NCBI GenBank assembly: GCA_951406725.2
Contig: OX597814.1
Span: 149,544,001-149,608,000, forward strand
Reading direction: 5' to 3'
DNA from: Octopus vulgaris
Lineage: Eukaryota
Length of the DNA stretch: 64,000 nt
The notes beneath the pieces were generated by a model, which saw nothing but the letters and a program-made list of their open reading frames with translations, made no database searches and had not been told where the DNA came from. The translations under genes were made by a program, and so were the position numbers. Of this stretch, positions 1 through 12,700 are shown one piece after another. How positions within the stretch are numbered: position 1 is the stretch's first letter; each line of letters begins with the position of its first letter.

Positions 1-410
1 GGGTGATGAATATGATGATTCGGAGAAGAATATTGATAACAAGTTTGATGGTATTGAGAAGGATATGGAGGCGAAAGAACAGGACCATAAATTAAAATAT
101 AAAGCTACACAAAGGTTAACTACTCTGCTCGCAGTCCATAAAAGGGCCCTGAAATGCAGTTGCCCTTATCGAAAAACACTGTGAGTTCAGTGATGCAAAT
201 TACGAAGAACTTTCTGCGCTATTCATACTACACCATTCACTACACTTGTGATGCCGAATGTTTTCCCTTTCAACGGTCCCTTTTTTATGAAATTTCCGTT
301 TCTCGCTGTTCTAGGGATTTTGGAATGCCTGTGTACTCAATAAGTCAAATTTTTTTTAGAAAACAAAAATTCTTTTCCATTCTATCTCTGTGTTAAAAAA
401 TATATCTTGT

Positions 411-830
411 ATCTTTTACTACTTTCAGTCCTTGGAATGTGGCCATGCTGGTGCACTGCCGTAAAGCGTTTAAACTAGGATTTCTCAACCGGAGTCAATA
501 TAGAGCCTGGTGGTCCATATAAGATTTTTGGGGGTCCGCAGTAATTTTTTCAGGGGCCATGAAAAATTGTAGTTCAGAGAATAAAATTTATGTGCAAAAT
601 ACTGTAGCAATTTTTATACAAGTCAAAGGTGTCCACATGTAAAATATGGTTGAGAACCCCTGATTTAGACGAACGACTCTACCCCAGTATTTAGTTGTTT
701 TTTATTATAGTAAAAGCCAATATTCATTCTATTGGTTCTTACCTTGTTGAGCCGCTATGTTACGGGGACTTAAATACACCAACAACGGTAGCTAAGTGGT
801 TGAGGGAGAAAAACACAAGGCCAATACATA
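411..830 (-). mobile_element. SINE family 1 (3' part), interrupted by a hAT MITE
   Basis: Matches the reverse complement of the 3' half of 2661-3016 (TTTCAGTC..TGTGGCCATGCTGG.GCAC..; GTTACGGGGAC.TAAA.ACACC) and resumes after the MITE at 663. Confidence 0.75.
476..662. mobile_element. Non-autonomous hAT (Charlie/Buster-type) MITE
   Basis: TIRs TAGGATTTCTCAACC / GGTTGAGAACCCCTG; imperfect 8-bp TSD GTTTAAAC (468-475) / ATTTAGAC (663-670) with central TA. Confidence 0.8.
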
Positions 831-891
831 TGTGTGTGTGAGAGAGAGAGAGAGAGAGTCTGTGTGTGTGAAGAGAAAGTTAGATAAATAT

Positions 892-968
<77 letters not shown>
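831..968. repeat. Compound microsatellite (TG)n(GA)n(GATA)n
   Basis: Read directly from the sequence. Confidence 0.95.
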
Positions 969-1481
969 GAACTGGGTTCTTTCAGTTTTCATCTATCCCA
1001 GTACTTATATTTAAGCCCAATAATTATTCTATTGGTCATTCGTTTTTTTCTTCGGCTGAACTGCTAGATTACGGGATGTAAACAAACCAAGGGCGGTGAC
1101 CAAGTCGTCGAGGGAGAAAAACATAAACACAGAACTGTGCAAACATAATACATACAAATGCTACCAATTCTAGTCTTAGGTATTCCTCGTGTGTGAAAAT
1201 AAAAAATAAAAAGTAAAAGAGTCAAGAGGAAGAGCAAGTACGGTTAGGCAGCTTTTTAATCGCAACAAGTGTTTCGATACATACAGATCCTCGTTGTAGC
1301 ATGGAAATCTAAACTGCCCGGCGTGCTAACGCTTCTGCCTTAGCAACTATATATATATATATATAATTTTAAATAAATATAACACCCCCCCAATAGTTTA
1401 TGTGTGGAGAGCCATGTTTCTGCAACTTGTACTGCAGTAGAAACTGCCACAAAAAGAAAGACTTATATATTGATGTTGTTG

Positions 1482-1552
<71 letters not shown>
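1482..1552. repeat. (TGC)n(TGA)n trinucleotide microsatellite
   Basis: Read directly; source of the spurious polyA/D/Q/H ORFs. Confidence 0.95.
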
Positions 1553-1846
1553 AAGGATTTAGGCACAATGCCAACATTTTTGAGAAGAGGTGGCCACACG
1601 AAACATTTCCCCTCAGTACTTCAGTGGTGCGATATTTTATTAACCTAGAAAAATTATAGGTAAAATGTGTGTATGCTTGTGCGAGCATATATGTGACACG
1701 TGTGTATGTGTGTGTGGGGATTGTAACTGTGTATGATCGATCGATGAATCTCTACTGAAAGCGATTCTGCTTTGCTTTTCTAGCTCTTACTTTCTCTTTC
1801 ACTCGCTCTTAATCTCTCTCTCTCTCTATCTCTCCCTCTCTCTGTC

Positions 1847-1898
<52 letters not shown>

Positions 1899-1998
1899 CC
1901 ACTTTCTCAGAGCTTAAATACTCAAGATACACCATACCACGACAGTTCCTTCAGGAGATGAGATACCAAGGAATGACGGATGAAACAGGTATTAATGT

Positions 1999-2066
<68 letters not shown>

Positions 2067-2624
2067 GCACAAAGAAACATACACACATACATAAGAGCAT
2101 TTAGTTTCTTTGTTTAGACAATTATACTGTTTCAATCATCTCGGATTCTAGGCAGAATTGATAACGTAATAAAGATTATAATTCTCTCGAATATCTCAGC
2201 ATTGAGTATTCTATTTCATATCGGTTCATCTTAGGTGGAATATATATATATATTCAAATATGAAAAAGAAGCCGCGTTAGTGTAATAAACATTTTCTACC
2301 ACACATACGTAACGTATAAGCATCGTGTGTATGACGGTAGGTTGCTATTTGGTGTAATGGAGAATACTCTCTCGAAGCGCCGTGTGTTAAAACATCTGAA
2401 AGTTATGGACAGGGGAGATCAATTTAATGAGATTAGAGATGAGTCATCTCACCTGACCATGACTTCCAGGCGTTTTAACATTCGGCGCCTTCAGAGAGTA
2501 TTCGCCATCACACCAAATCGCAATCTAGCGTCACATACACGATGCTTATACGTTAAGTGTATGTGGTTGAGAGTGTTTACATACATACATACGTCATACA
2601 TACATACATACATACATACATACA

Positions 2625-2660
<36 letters not shown>

Positions 2661-3015
2661 TGGATGTGTGGTAAGTAGCTTGCTTACCAACCACATGGTT
2701 CCGGGTTCAGTCCCACTGCGTGGCACCTTGGGCAAGTGTCTTCTACTATAGCCTCGGGACTTGGTAGACGGAAACTGAAAGAAGCCCGTCGTATATATGT
2801 ATGTGTGTATGTGTTTGTGTGTCTGTGTTTGTCTCCCCAACATCGCTTGACAACCGATGCTGGTGTGTTTACGTCCTCGTAACTCAGCGATAGAAAAAAA
2901 CCCGATAGACTAATTACTAGGCTTCCAAAGAATAATCCTGGTGTCGATTTACTCGACTAAAGGCGGTGCTCCAGCATGGCCACAGTCAAATGACTGAAAC
3001 AAGTAAAAGAGTAAA

Positions 3016-3016
<1 letters not shown>
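2661..3016 (+). mobile_element. SINE family 1, near full length (tRNA-derived head, CORE-like segment)
   Basis: A-box-like TGTGTGGTAAG, B-box-like GGTTCAGTCCC, CORE-like CACCTTGGGCAAGTG, internal (TG)-rich tract, 3' tail TGACTGAAACAAGTAAAAGAGTAAAA; multiple copies in the window. Confidence 0.85.
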
Positions 3017-3083
<67 letters not shown>

Positions 3084-3136
3084 TATATATTTTATATTAT
3101 ATAAAATCCATTCTGCCTGTCTTGACAGTGGCACTA

Positions 3137-3560
3137 TATTAATTTACCACGAGTTACAGTATGGTATGGCTTATCAAAGATAGTAAATGGGTCATTTGTC
3201 TTTTGACGGTACTTCGACTTCTCTTATCTACTTGAACTCGCTGCAAGAGTCTGTCATAAGAAACCTTCAACAGAAATTTGAAGACAAAGTCTTCTTTCTA
3301 GCAAGATGGGAACACCTCTTATACTATGTAGGGACTTATCTTGATGAGAAATTGCCAAACAAATGAATTGTACTATGATGTGCAAGGGAACATCCTACGC
3401 ATTCACCAGATTTCACACCACTAGACTTATTTGTTTTGGGATTCTCAAATGATAAATTTTAATGGTAATACAAAACCGGTAACAGTCGACGAATTAAAGA
3501 CATCTATCGAACAAGTTTACGCACATATACGAACGAAATGCTTCTTGATGTCCTCAATTC
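3137..3560 (+). pseudogene. Decayed Tc1/mariner-superfamily (Tc3/rosa-like) transposase fragment
   Basis: Frameshifted translation VTVWYGLS..F*QDG..YLDEKLPNK*I..HSPDFTPLD.FFWG..KPVTVDELKTSI resembles the QQDGAPPH / WPxRSPDLTPLDFFLWG motifs. Confidence 0.75.
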
Positions 3561-5041
3561 CACTGCTTCGCAGAGAAGAGGAGCAATTGGGCAGAGAGAT
3601 AGGGGGGAGATGGAGAGAGAAAGAGGAAGAAAGAGACAGGGAGAGAGAGGTAAGTAAAATAGATATACATATGATAGATGAATGACGGAAAGATTTTCAC
3701 ATCCTCTCGTTAAGAGACTGCAACTACAAATGTTTGAATTTATTTTTATCGCTAATGGGTCTGTTTGTAGTTATAATTTACATTATTCTAACAGATATAA
3801 TAGAGATACTTACATTCTGCTTTCTTAATAAATATTCAGTAGTTAGCTGCATTCATATTTATTTCTAAACCTTAAGTCAATATTTCAAAACTACCATTAG
3901 TGATGTTAATATAAAAAAATAAACTAATCTAATAGAAATATTTGTGAAAAAATTCGAGCGTTACAAAACTCAAATAAAGTATGCTTACGTAAGTATATGG
4001 TCTAATTAAGGTGAAATATTTGCATGAAAGCTATTTATGTAGAATGGCTAATATAAATTATGTCCTATGATTTTTTACTATAAAAAGTAACCACCGGTAT
4101 TTTTCAGTAGTGAAAAGCAGGTTTTCAAGTACTTAGAAAAACTTGCTTCTTTCATTTTTTTATTTCTTTTGAATTTTCTTTCGTTCTTCTATAGCATTAC
4201 TCTTTTGCAAAAATGTGTGTGTATGTGTGAGACGAATTTTTGTAATAACAACAAATTATAGTATATAGTGAAGATTTCAGCAAGCTACCAGAATCGTTAC
4301 CACGCGGGGCATAATGAGTAAAATTATTAGGCATTTATTCCGGCTTCTGAGTTCAAATTCTGCCATACTAGATATCTACAAGCAACGGACTGCTCTTGCA
4401 TGGGTCTTTATCTTTTGAAACATATACACAAACATGATGTCGTTATTGACCAACTTCAAAAGAGTAAACTTTGCCACAGAAACTGAATAGTTATTGTCGA
4501 TATGCATACGAATACGTAGGTTTGTTACTACCGGGAGAAAATACACTCAGTGTCATGTATGTACTGAGTAATATACGTGTATCAGTGGAGGCCATGATTT
4601 TACACGGACTCTCATGGCAACCGTTCAAAAGCGCAAAGGATGTGTCACTCGTTTACTTCTCCCATCTTTAGAGATCATTCCCAGACAAGATGTCTGTTCG
4701 TTACGAGGTTACTCAATCTGTTTCTGATATTCATTTTCAGCTTAACGAACTAGAGCAACATATAATGAGATGCTCAAGGACATCACATGCAGCCCTCGCT
4801 GGTTATCAAACGTGCGACATTACGATTATGAGCAAAATACCTTAAAAACTAAACCACGCGCTTTCTCATATCCCAACATAGATTATAAAGTTTATTTAGG
4901 TTGGTTACTGGAATTTCCCGACATGTTATCTATTTCTCAAACGGGAATACATTATTACTGCCTGAGGAACTGCAATAACATCGGAGAAACTACAGACTTA
5001 ATAGAGTATTTTAATTAGGTATGGTATTTGTGAAAACGAGT

Positions 5042-5076
<35 letters not shown>

Positions 5077-5189
5077 CCCAAAAAGTTGCTTAAACTCTTA
5101 ATAGCTATCCAAGTGCACTGAAGATTACACAACCCAACAGAAATTTTGTTGTCAGGACTTTTTTTTCCCCTGATTTGAAGGTTTTCTTT

Positions 5190-5247
<58 letters not shown>

Positions 5248-5499
5248 TGAATGCAAAAATGGAATCCATTTTTTTTTTACAATCGCGTCTAGATTTCAAG
5301 ATACCCAAATCCTACAGACATCGATGAAGGATATGAGTGATGTTTCAGATGGTCATTTTTTCCTGGGGCATCAAAGTAAATACAACAAATATCCATAGTC
5401 TTTTTTTAAATATATATATGTGGGACAGCAGAACCATAGGGAAAAAATAAAGAAACATTGGCTGATCAAATAATTGTCTCAGCGAACATTAGCTCCAGA

Positions 5500-5612
5500 G
5501 TCTTTTAATGAGGACTTTTACGTTTCGAGCCTACGCTTTTCGACAGAAAGATACACAGAAAGAAACAAGGAGAGAAACAAGGAGAGAAAAAAATTGCGTT
5601 TAGAGGGTTGAA
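5500..5612 (-). mobile_element. Penelope-pLTR-like fragment (group P2) with minimal hammerhead motif at 5515-5550
   Basis: Minus strand CUUU-CUGUCGA-AAAGCGUAGGCUC-GAAAC-GUA-AAAG; homologous to 6757-6910. Confidence 0.6.
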
Positions 5613-5624
5613 GAGCTTTCAGTT

Positions 5625-6150
5625 CAACAGGGGAAAAAACCATCCTGCCTCCGCTCCATATCAAACTTGGCATTATGAAGCACTTTGATAAAGCTCTGGA
5701 TAAATACCGACGATGTTTTCACTATATCTGCAGCAAATTTCCGGATCTGGGCAGTGAAAAGATAGAAGCTGAAATATTTGATGGGTCTCATATCACAAAA
5801 TTGATGGGAAATTTGTAATTTCAATGAATTGCAGTGAACAAGCAATATGGAATTCATTTCTAATAGTTGACTTTCTGGGATGATAAGGAAATAGCCAACT
5901 ATGCCAAAATAGTCAACAACACATTGGAGAAATTTGGGAGCATATATGAGCATAAAGTGGCACTATCTCCAGTGTCACCTTGATGAATTCTCAGAACATC
6001 TGTGTGACGTAAATGAATATTTCCTTCAGGCCGTTAAATCAATAGATATCAAAGATATCAAGGCTGATAGGACTTGAATATGACAGTGGATTTTTATTGG
6101 AACTTGTTTTTTGCGATTTCTGAGATTCAGCACTCACGAAAATCAACCTG
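5625..6150 (+). pseudogene. Decayed CMC/Chapaev3-like DNA transposase C-terminal fragment
   Basis: Translation ILPPLHIKLGIMKHFDKALD..IFDGSHITKL..MSIKWHYLQCHLDEF..QRYQG..DFYWNL resembles the PPLHIKLG / GIFDGPQIRKL / KIHFLHSHLDFF / RYQG motif series. Confidence 0.75.
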
Positions 6151-6264
6151 GTGCATGGGAAATTATACATGAACAATGATGCACTTTGTATAAATTTTAA
6201 GATTTTTACTAGATATTCTGTAGAATTAAAAAAAGAAAAACACGATCTGTTTTGAAGAAAAAAA

Positions 6265-6435
6265 AACCTCTCGTCTTCCCTTCTTTGGATCTTTCCTTTT
6301 CCTAGGTGTCTGACGAAGAGCTCCGCTCGAAGCGTTAAACCCTCCTTCTTTCCTGAGCGTCCAATAATACTATACTTGTTCCACGTCCTCGCGTTGTTGT
6401 GTTTTCTCTTTGTGTTTTCATGTTTGGATTAACTA
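6265..6435 (+). mobile_element. Penelope-pLTR-like unit (group P1) with hammerhead motif at 6306-6340
   Basis: CUGACGA-AGAGCUCCGCUC-GAAGC-GUU-AAAC (GAAA changed to GAAG); very similar to 44680-44856; ends at a TA-rich tract. Confidence 0.65.
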
Positions 6436-6756
6436 TGTATATTATACCTTGTTCCTCATAATCTGTTTTATTGGGGGCAAAAAACAAAAAATAATGAAAT
6501 TCTATGGATCCAAAATATTAACATCTTGACGTGGTGTTAATATATGGATGTCAATTTCGGATTATGTGTGACAAAAGCCCTTACTTAAGGTTCAAATTGT
6601 TTGATAAAAGAATTTTTGGTGTGTGTGTGTGTGGGGGGGGGCTTGTGCTATTAGAAAATTGTGAATTACGATCAGGATATAGGTGCTGAATGTGCGTATG
6701 AACGTATATATGCATCTGTGTGTACATAAATATATACATGATATATGAAATATATA

Positions 6757-6910
6757 CTTGTTTCCCTCCTTGTTTCTTTTTCTGTCGAAGAGCGTAGGCT
6801 CGAAACGTAAAAGACTTGTTTTATTTCTATTCCTGAGCGCCATACTAATACATTGTTTGTTTGTACTCCACCTGCCTTCGTCTTTTGTTTATTTTCGTAA
6901 ACCTTCCCGT
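6757..6910 (+). mobile_element. Penelope-pLTR-like unit (group P2) with minimal hammerhead motif at 6776-6813
   Basis: CUUUUU-CUGUCGA-AGAGCGUAGGCUC-GAAAC-GUA-AAAG; TA-rich flanks. Confidence 0.65.
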
Positions 6911-7229
6911 TATATATAAACAGACACACATATAGATGTGTTTATGTATATATATATATTTAGAGAGAGCGAGGGAGAGAGAGAGAGAGAGAGAGAGACT
7001 TAGTAATTTTAATATTTCTATTATATATATATATATATATGCATGTATGTTTGTGTCTGTGTGCATGCATATGTAGGCATTCATATAGGTACATATAAAT
7101 ATCTTCAGAAAGGAAGAAATATATGTTGTTGGATGAAAGTAAGATAATGTCCTTGATCTGTAGATAGATACGTACAAAACTCAGCGTATGAAAGATATTT
7201 CTCTTCGCTTAGAAACGAAATACTTCATT

Positions 7230-7960
7230 ACATCATCCTGTTTTTATTGCTAATGCATCTGTGTGTTGTACTAATCTTTATTCTGAAATATATAATAGCG
7301 TTACTTGCATTGTGTGTGATTCTCAATATACAGTAGATAGCTGCATCTGTATTTCTTTTAAGTCAATATTTTAAATTACCGTTAGTTAAATTCATAGAAA
7401 TATTCGTAAAAGAAAATTCTAAAAATTGTAAAATACAAATATCGTAAATTTACGTTTATAGCAGTAGTGAAATTAATAATACTTCCTAATTGAGGTAAAG
7501 TAATTGTATAAAATCCATTCAAATAGAACGGCTAATATAAAAATGATATCATATGACTTTCTCAATGACAGTATCATCTTACATTTTTTAAGAGTTGAAG
7601 GTGTGTTTTGGAGTTATAACAAAGGAAATTTTTCTCCTACCTTCCATTCCTTCTCATTTTCTCGCATCTTCATAGCAATTTTCTCTCTGTAGGCATCCTT
7701 CGAATTATCAAGGGGGCTTTTTACAGCTTTTTGCAGCGCGCCCGAGATTAATTTCTATATGACAAAACGAAATTGGCAAATAGAAAGGGTTTCTCTTTCT
7801 TCTGATTAATTCATATAAAAGACCTGGAAGGCTTTCTTATTTCGAAGTTCATAACAAGAAATGTAAAAGACTACAAATGGAGTTACTTGTTTATACTCTT
7901 TAGAGATCTTCTGCATTTTGATATTGGATAGTATCATGAAAATTTGGAATAGCTCCATAA
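7230..7960 (-). pseudogene. Possible decayed piggyBac-like transposase 3' end plus 3' non-coding region
   Basis: Minus strand KEYKQVTPFVVFYISCYELRNKKAFQVFYMN*SEERETLSICQFRFVI*KLI loosely resembles the piggyBac C-terminus; downstream part is homologous to 3740-4200. Confidence 0.3.
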
Positions 7961-8628
7961 ATGAAAACCTAAAAATTGTATATATAATTATGTCGCTGCA
8001 TTCAGGTTCAAACATTGCTCAAAGCGACGATTCTATGAATAAAGCTGATCCTCAACAAAGGCATCCAGCTATGAACATATGACGACAAACAAGAATACGC
8101 CAGTCAATAGAAAAACCTCCACGCAGCCGCTTAACTTGCAAGAAATAGCAGCCACATTTCCCTCAAAATTCCGTTCAGTTTTTATAATAATTAGATATAC
8201 TGAATAACTCATTCATAGATATAATACAGTTGAACACAATACGGGATGACTACGGTAAGAACATAATGTGCACAGTGAAGATTTGTCTTAGAAAGCTATA
8301 AGCGATCATATTCAGTTACTCAGCAGAGATAAAATAACGTTAAAGTTACGCATTTCACCTGTTAAGGCACAACATCCACTACCTTCAAGCGCTGCCTTCG
8401 TTACTACTCACATTCAAGGCCACAACTCCACTTGCAGTCCGCTGAAGTCATTCGTCTCTCGACTTTCAGGTCTTCTCAAACAACGCTTCGACTTTGCCCC
8501 TCCTTGGGATGCATATAAATTGTCGTCGTTTAAAATCAATGTGGATGCATTCTTGTTATGAATCCTGCTAATGGTGATAGCCTCCACATCTATATCTACT
8601 GAGCTGAAGTTATTTAGTTTCGCTGTAT

Positions 8629-8855
8629 GGCGGCGAGCTGGCAGAAACGTTAGCACGCCGGGCGAAATGCTTAGTGGTATTTCGTTTGTCGTTACGTTCT
8701 GAGTTCAAATTCCGCCGAGGTCGACTTTGCCTTTCATCCTTTCGGGGTCGATAAATTAAGTACCAGTTACGCACTAGGGTCGATATAATCGACTTAATCC
8801 TTTTGTTTGTCCTTGTTTGTCCACTCTATGTTTAACCCCTTGTGGGTAGTAAAAA
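8629..8855 (+). mobile_element. SINE family 2 (tRNA-derived), full length with TSD
   Basis: Head GGCGGCGAGCTGGCAGAAACGTTAGC, B-box GTTCAAATTCC, body GCCTTTCATCCTTTCGGGGTCGATAAATTAAGTACCAG; 17-bp TSD AGTTATT(T/A)AGTTTCGCT at 8608-8624 and 8858-8874. Confidence 0.9.
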
Positions 8856-9584
8856 ACAGTTATTAAGTTTCGCTTTCAAGCCAACCATAGGTTACGTACA
8901 TTTATACATACTAATCTGAATTTAGTCAGACTAAAAGGATAAGGAAAAGGGGGAAGTAATATAAGAGCAGTCACTCACCTTGTTATATAAGGGGTAATCA
9001 GCTTTTCTGCTGGCATGGATGTTAATATAAAAAAGCGATACTTGAAAATATAAGTATAAACCAACAATATACTCACACAAAAATTACAAAAGACAACATA
9101 TTTAAAATGTGCATGAACTCTCAAATCATAATAAAAACAGCAAAGAAATTCGGAAATGCTGTAATTATATCACTTCTCATACGTACACTTTTGCGGGGAA
9201 TATGAGCAGCAAACGTATACATATGTATCACAACATTAACTAGATCGAAATAAACCATATAATCAATATACACTACATCAACAGAGCACAAAGGACAAAA
9301 CATAATGCAAAATAAACTTACGAAATGAAAACACTTCATCATCTCGTATGACATTTGCACTGCTGCTATACAGGAAATGAAATTATACGCCAGACATATA
9401 ACCCCCTCATATTCTAAATTACACATTGATAATGTATGAGAGATTAACCTAAAGAGAAATCCTCATACGTCAAACCATGCATCCAGTGCATAGATATTAC
9501 AGATGACACATAATCATTGATAATCAAAAAGCCCTTTGCAACTAAAAGCATTAAAAATATTCATGTTAGAAACAAATAAACCAC

Positions 9585-9760
9585 AAGCATAGCAGTGTGG
9601 TTATGAACTTCGCTTTTCAACCATGTAGTTCTCAGTTCGATCTCAACGTGCAGCAATTTGGGCAAATGAATTCTAATATGGTCAGGGCATAAAGAACACC
9701 GACTGCGTGAACTTTGATAGACTAAATTGGAACCTAATCCCGTCAGTTTAGACCTTACAC
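9585..9760 (+). mobile_element. Degenerate SINE family 1 5' portion
   Basis: GCAGTGTGGTTA..CAACCATGTAGTTCTCAGTTCGATC..TTTGGGCAAATG aligns by eye to the family 1 head. Confidence 0.55.
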
Positions 9761-12700
9761 ACAACCTTCATTATATATATATATGTATATATACATACTC
9801 ACACGCACCACAATTATAAACACATACACACATGCCGTGCACATGTATGTATGTATGTATGTATGTATGTATGTATGTATGTATGTATGTATGTTTGTGT
9901 GTGTACACGGTGTAAAAACCGATGCAGTCCTGTTTCTAGCCTTTCGACAGAAAAAGTCGAGAAAATAAGGATGAAATAAGTTCTGGGACCCCTTTTTAGT
10001 CGGAGGCTAATTACTGAAGTTAATAAGGGAATACCACCTCAAGTTTTTTAATCGTCTTATTAGGCTACAAGAATTCAGCCACAAGAATTTACTATACTCC
10101 CATGCACTGGAATTGTAGGATATTTTAATACTGAAAGCACATCCTAAATGTTATCCCAGTATATAAACAAAGGGTGACACAATAACATCACGAATAAAAG
10201 TCCTACACAAACACACCCATATACCTCACTATTCTCCCAGCTCTAAATACAATTCCTTCCAGACATCACTTTCTAATACACGCTGGTAGCAACGCTGAGC
10301 AAAACAATACAAAAAGCATTCTTACGTTTGTCAGGATAACTAACTATGCAATCATAATATTCACTCTAAGGGGAAAAAATAATAAAACAAGTAGAAACAC
10401 TTTCCCAAGCTTACAAAGGATCCAAGTGGAAGCATTTTCACCCTCAACAAATAAAATCAAGGCTCGTGGAACAACATCTCAATCACTGAAAAGCATTCCA
10501 TTACATACATTCAACAAAATAATTAAAGGCGTTTTTTTTTGAAACTCTATCCCACAAAACAACATAAACAATGCAACTCCAATTACAATACTAACATAGT
10601 ACACCTGAAAAAATAGAGATAACTTCAAACAAAGCACACTAACAGATGTAAAATTCAAAAGAAAACGTTAACCAGGAAATAACAAAGAAAATATATCATA
10701 GAAAAACAGAAAACTAGTAAACAACTAAATCCCCTATAACTTACACAAAGCAGTAAAATAATAGGAAAAATAATTAGCAGTAGCATCAACCCCAACAATA
10801 GTTAAACCACACCACATCAAACGCCACAAAACAACTTAGATCATTTGCACATACTCCAATAAGAAGCAATCGTCCTTCTAACGCTTCCTTTTCAAAACTC
10901 AGTCACAAAAACGGAAATCATAGCATTCGAGCACACACAAGTACACACACACAAGAGCCACGCGCGCGCGCGCGCACACAACCACACACACACAAACTCA
11001 CACAAAGAAGAAAGGCTTCCATCTACAACCTTTTTGTCCCATCCTTGTAGGGACATTCGAAAATCAATAATACTCCAGACTGGGCTCCTTTTTATTACTG
11101 CTATAATAGCCTCTAATTACTTGGAGTTGACTGCTTTAGTACAACCAACTCCTCAGCTGTCCAAGAATCTCTATTTCCAGCGACTTCGAGGGCCACCTTC
11201 CAGTGGTGTCGGGCGTCAACTAAGAGCCCTCGACTACAACAAGACGTCGAAAGTTTTTTTTTCAAGGTCTGGGGTCTCCCGCCCTTAAGCCCTAGACCAT
11301 CACCCAATCACCCTTACCCGTCTTGTTGCTTAACGACAACAACAACCCACCCCCAGGCACTCCAATCCCAAACATGTTTTCAACTCTTGTCACTCTTGGT
11401 GCGTCCAAAAGCTCTCAGAGACCTGCACTAACCATTATACCCAGTTTTTTCTCCTCAAACTATCAGGTCTCTGGAGTTTTCTCCCAGCCATGTCTTTCGT
11501 GGCGTTGTTGATCACATTAACGGCTACAAGCGCTCGGGTTTTGTAGAGCCTGCTCTTCATGAGTAAAGCTCTTTCTTCAAAATTTATCAAGTGATGACAT
11601 GTACGTATAAGCGTTCTGGCATCTACAGCAAGCATTCATATAGTCTTAATTTAAGATGATATCACATAGACATACACATACGCAGAACGATTTCAACCTT
11701 GCATCAGTCGACTTGATATCTAGTTAAAAGCAACAAATTTAAATAGCATCTTCTAAATCAGTTCTCTTCCTACTAATCATATATAGCAAACGATATAATA
11801 TAGTTGATTATGCCAACCATCAAATTCAGCACGAAAAAACATACAACGTGCACACAGGACAAATATAGATAGATCAAAATTACGGTGTCAACCACCTCAC
11901 ATAAAAACAAAACATTTTAAGTAAGACCTAACAAATGAATTGTCTTTTAGGTCAAAAATAGCAGGGACTATATCGTACAACAAACAATAACACTCAACAA
12001 CATTAACATATCAAGGCCGTGCCCCAGCATGGCCACAGTCTAATGACTGAAACAAGTAAAAGATTAACGATATCGCAGCACAGAAGCTAAATATACAGGT
12101 AGCAGCAATTCTACATTTACAGTGCTTACATACGAAACATAGAAAGCAAAGCAACGCACAAATATTCTTATGACACATACCAGTACATTTGACCCGAACA
12201 AAAAGCAGCGTCATTTGTTCAACACAGTATCTTAGATTCTTAATAGATTATGCCATCCCACCATGATCAATTTCTTATTATATACAAACGATATACTCAG
12301 AGCAAGCATTTCATACATTTCATTGGTACAGATTATGACCGACATTTTTATTTAACGGAACTCAGTAAGATGATAATTATCCCTGGGAGGTTTAAATATA
12401 TAAATCGGGAAACATTTCTTCCGCTAACGTGTCATTGGTATCCTCTAAAACTGCTATACTCTAATACAACAACAATTCTGTGTTAAATTACAGATATTTT
12501 GCAATTGGATAAGAGAAATAGAATACTCTACTTGTGAGACTATACCATAGACAATAGAATAATATTCTGACACTTTTTAGAACACATTAACCACCAAATA
12601 TATCAGATGGATATCAACGTATGCCGTCTTCCTTTACAGCAGTAAGGAATTACGTTTAAAAGTACATATAAATTGTGATATTACAGAGGTATTTCGACAT

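Noticed and set aside
1369-1688. ORFs with polyQ/polyH/polyA/polyD runs resembling transcription-factor tracts
   Set aside because: They are translations of one (TGC)n(TGA)n microsatellite, open in several frames, with no domain or splice support.
5105-5160. Further hammerhead candidates (also ~1275, ~5310, ~33507, ~39130)
   Set aside because: Only part of the core is present and stems I/II cannot be formed convincingly.
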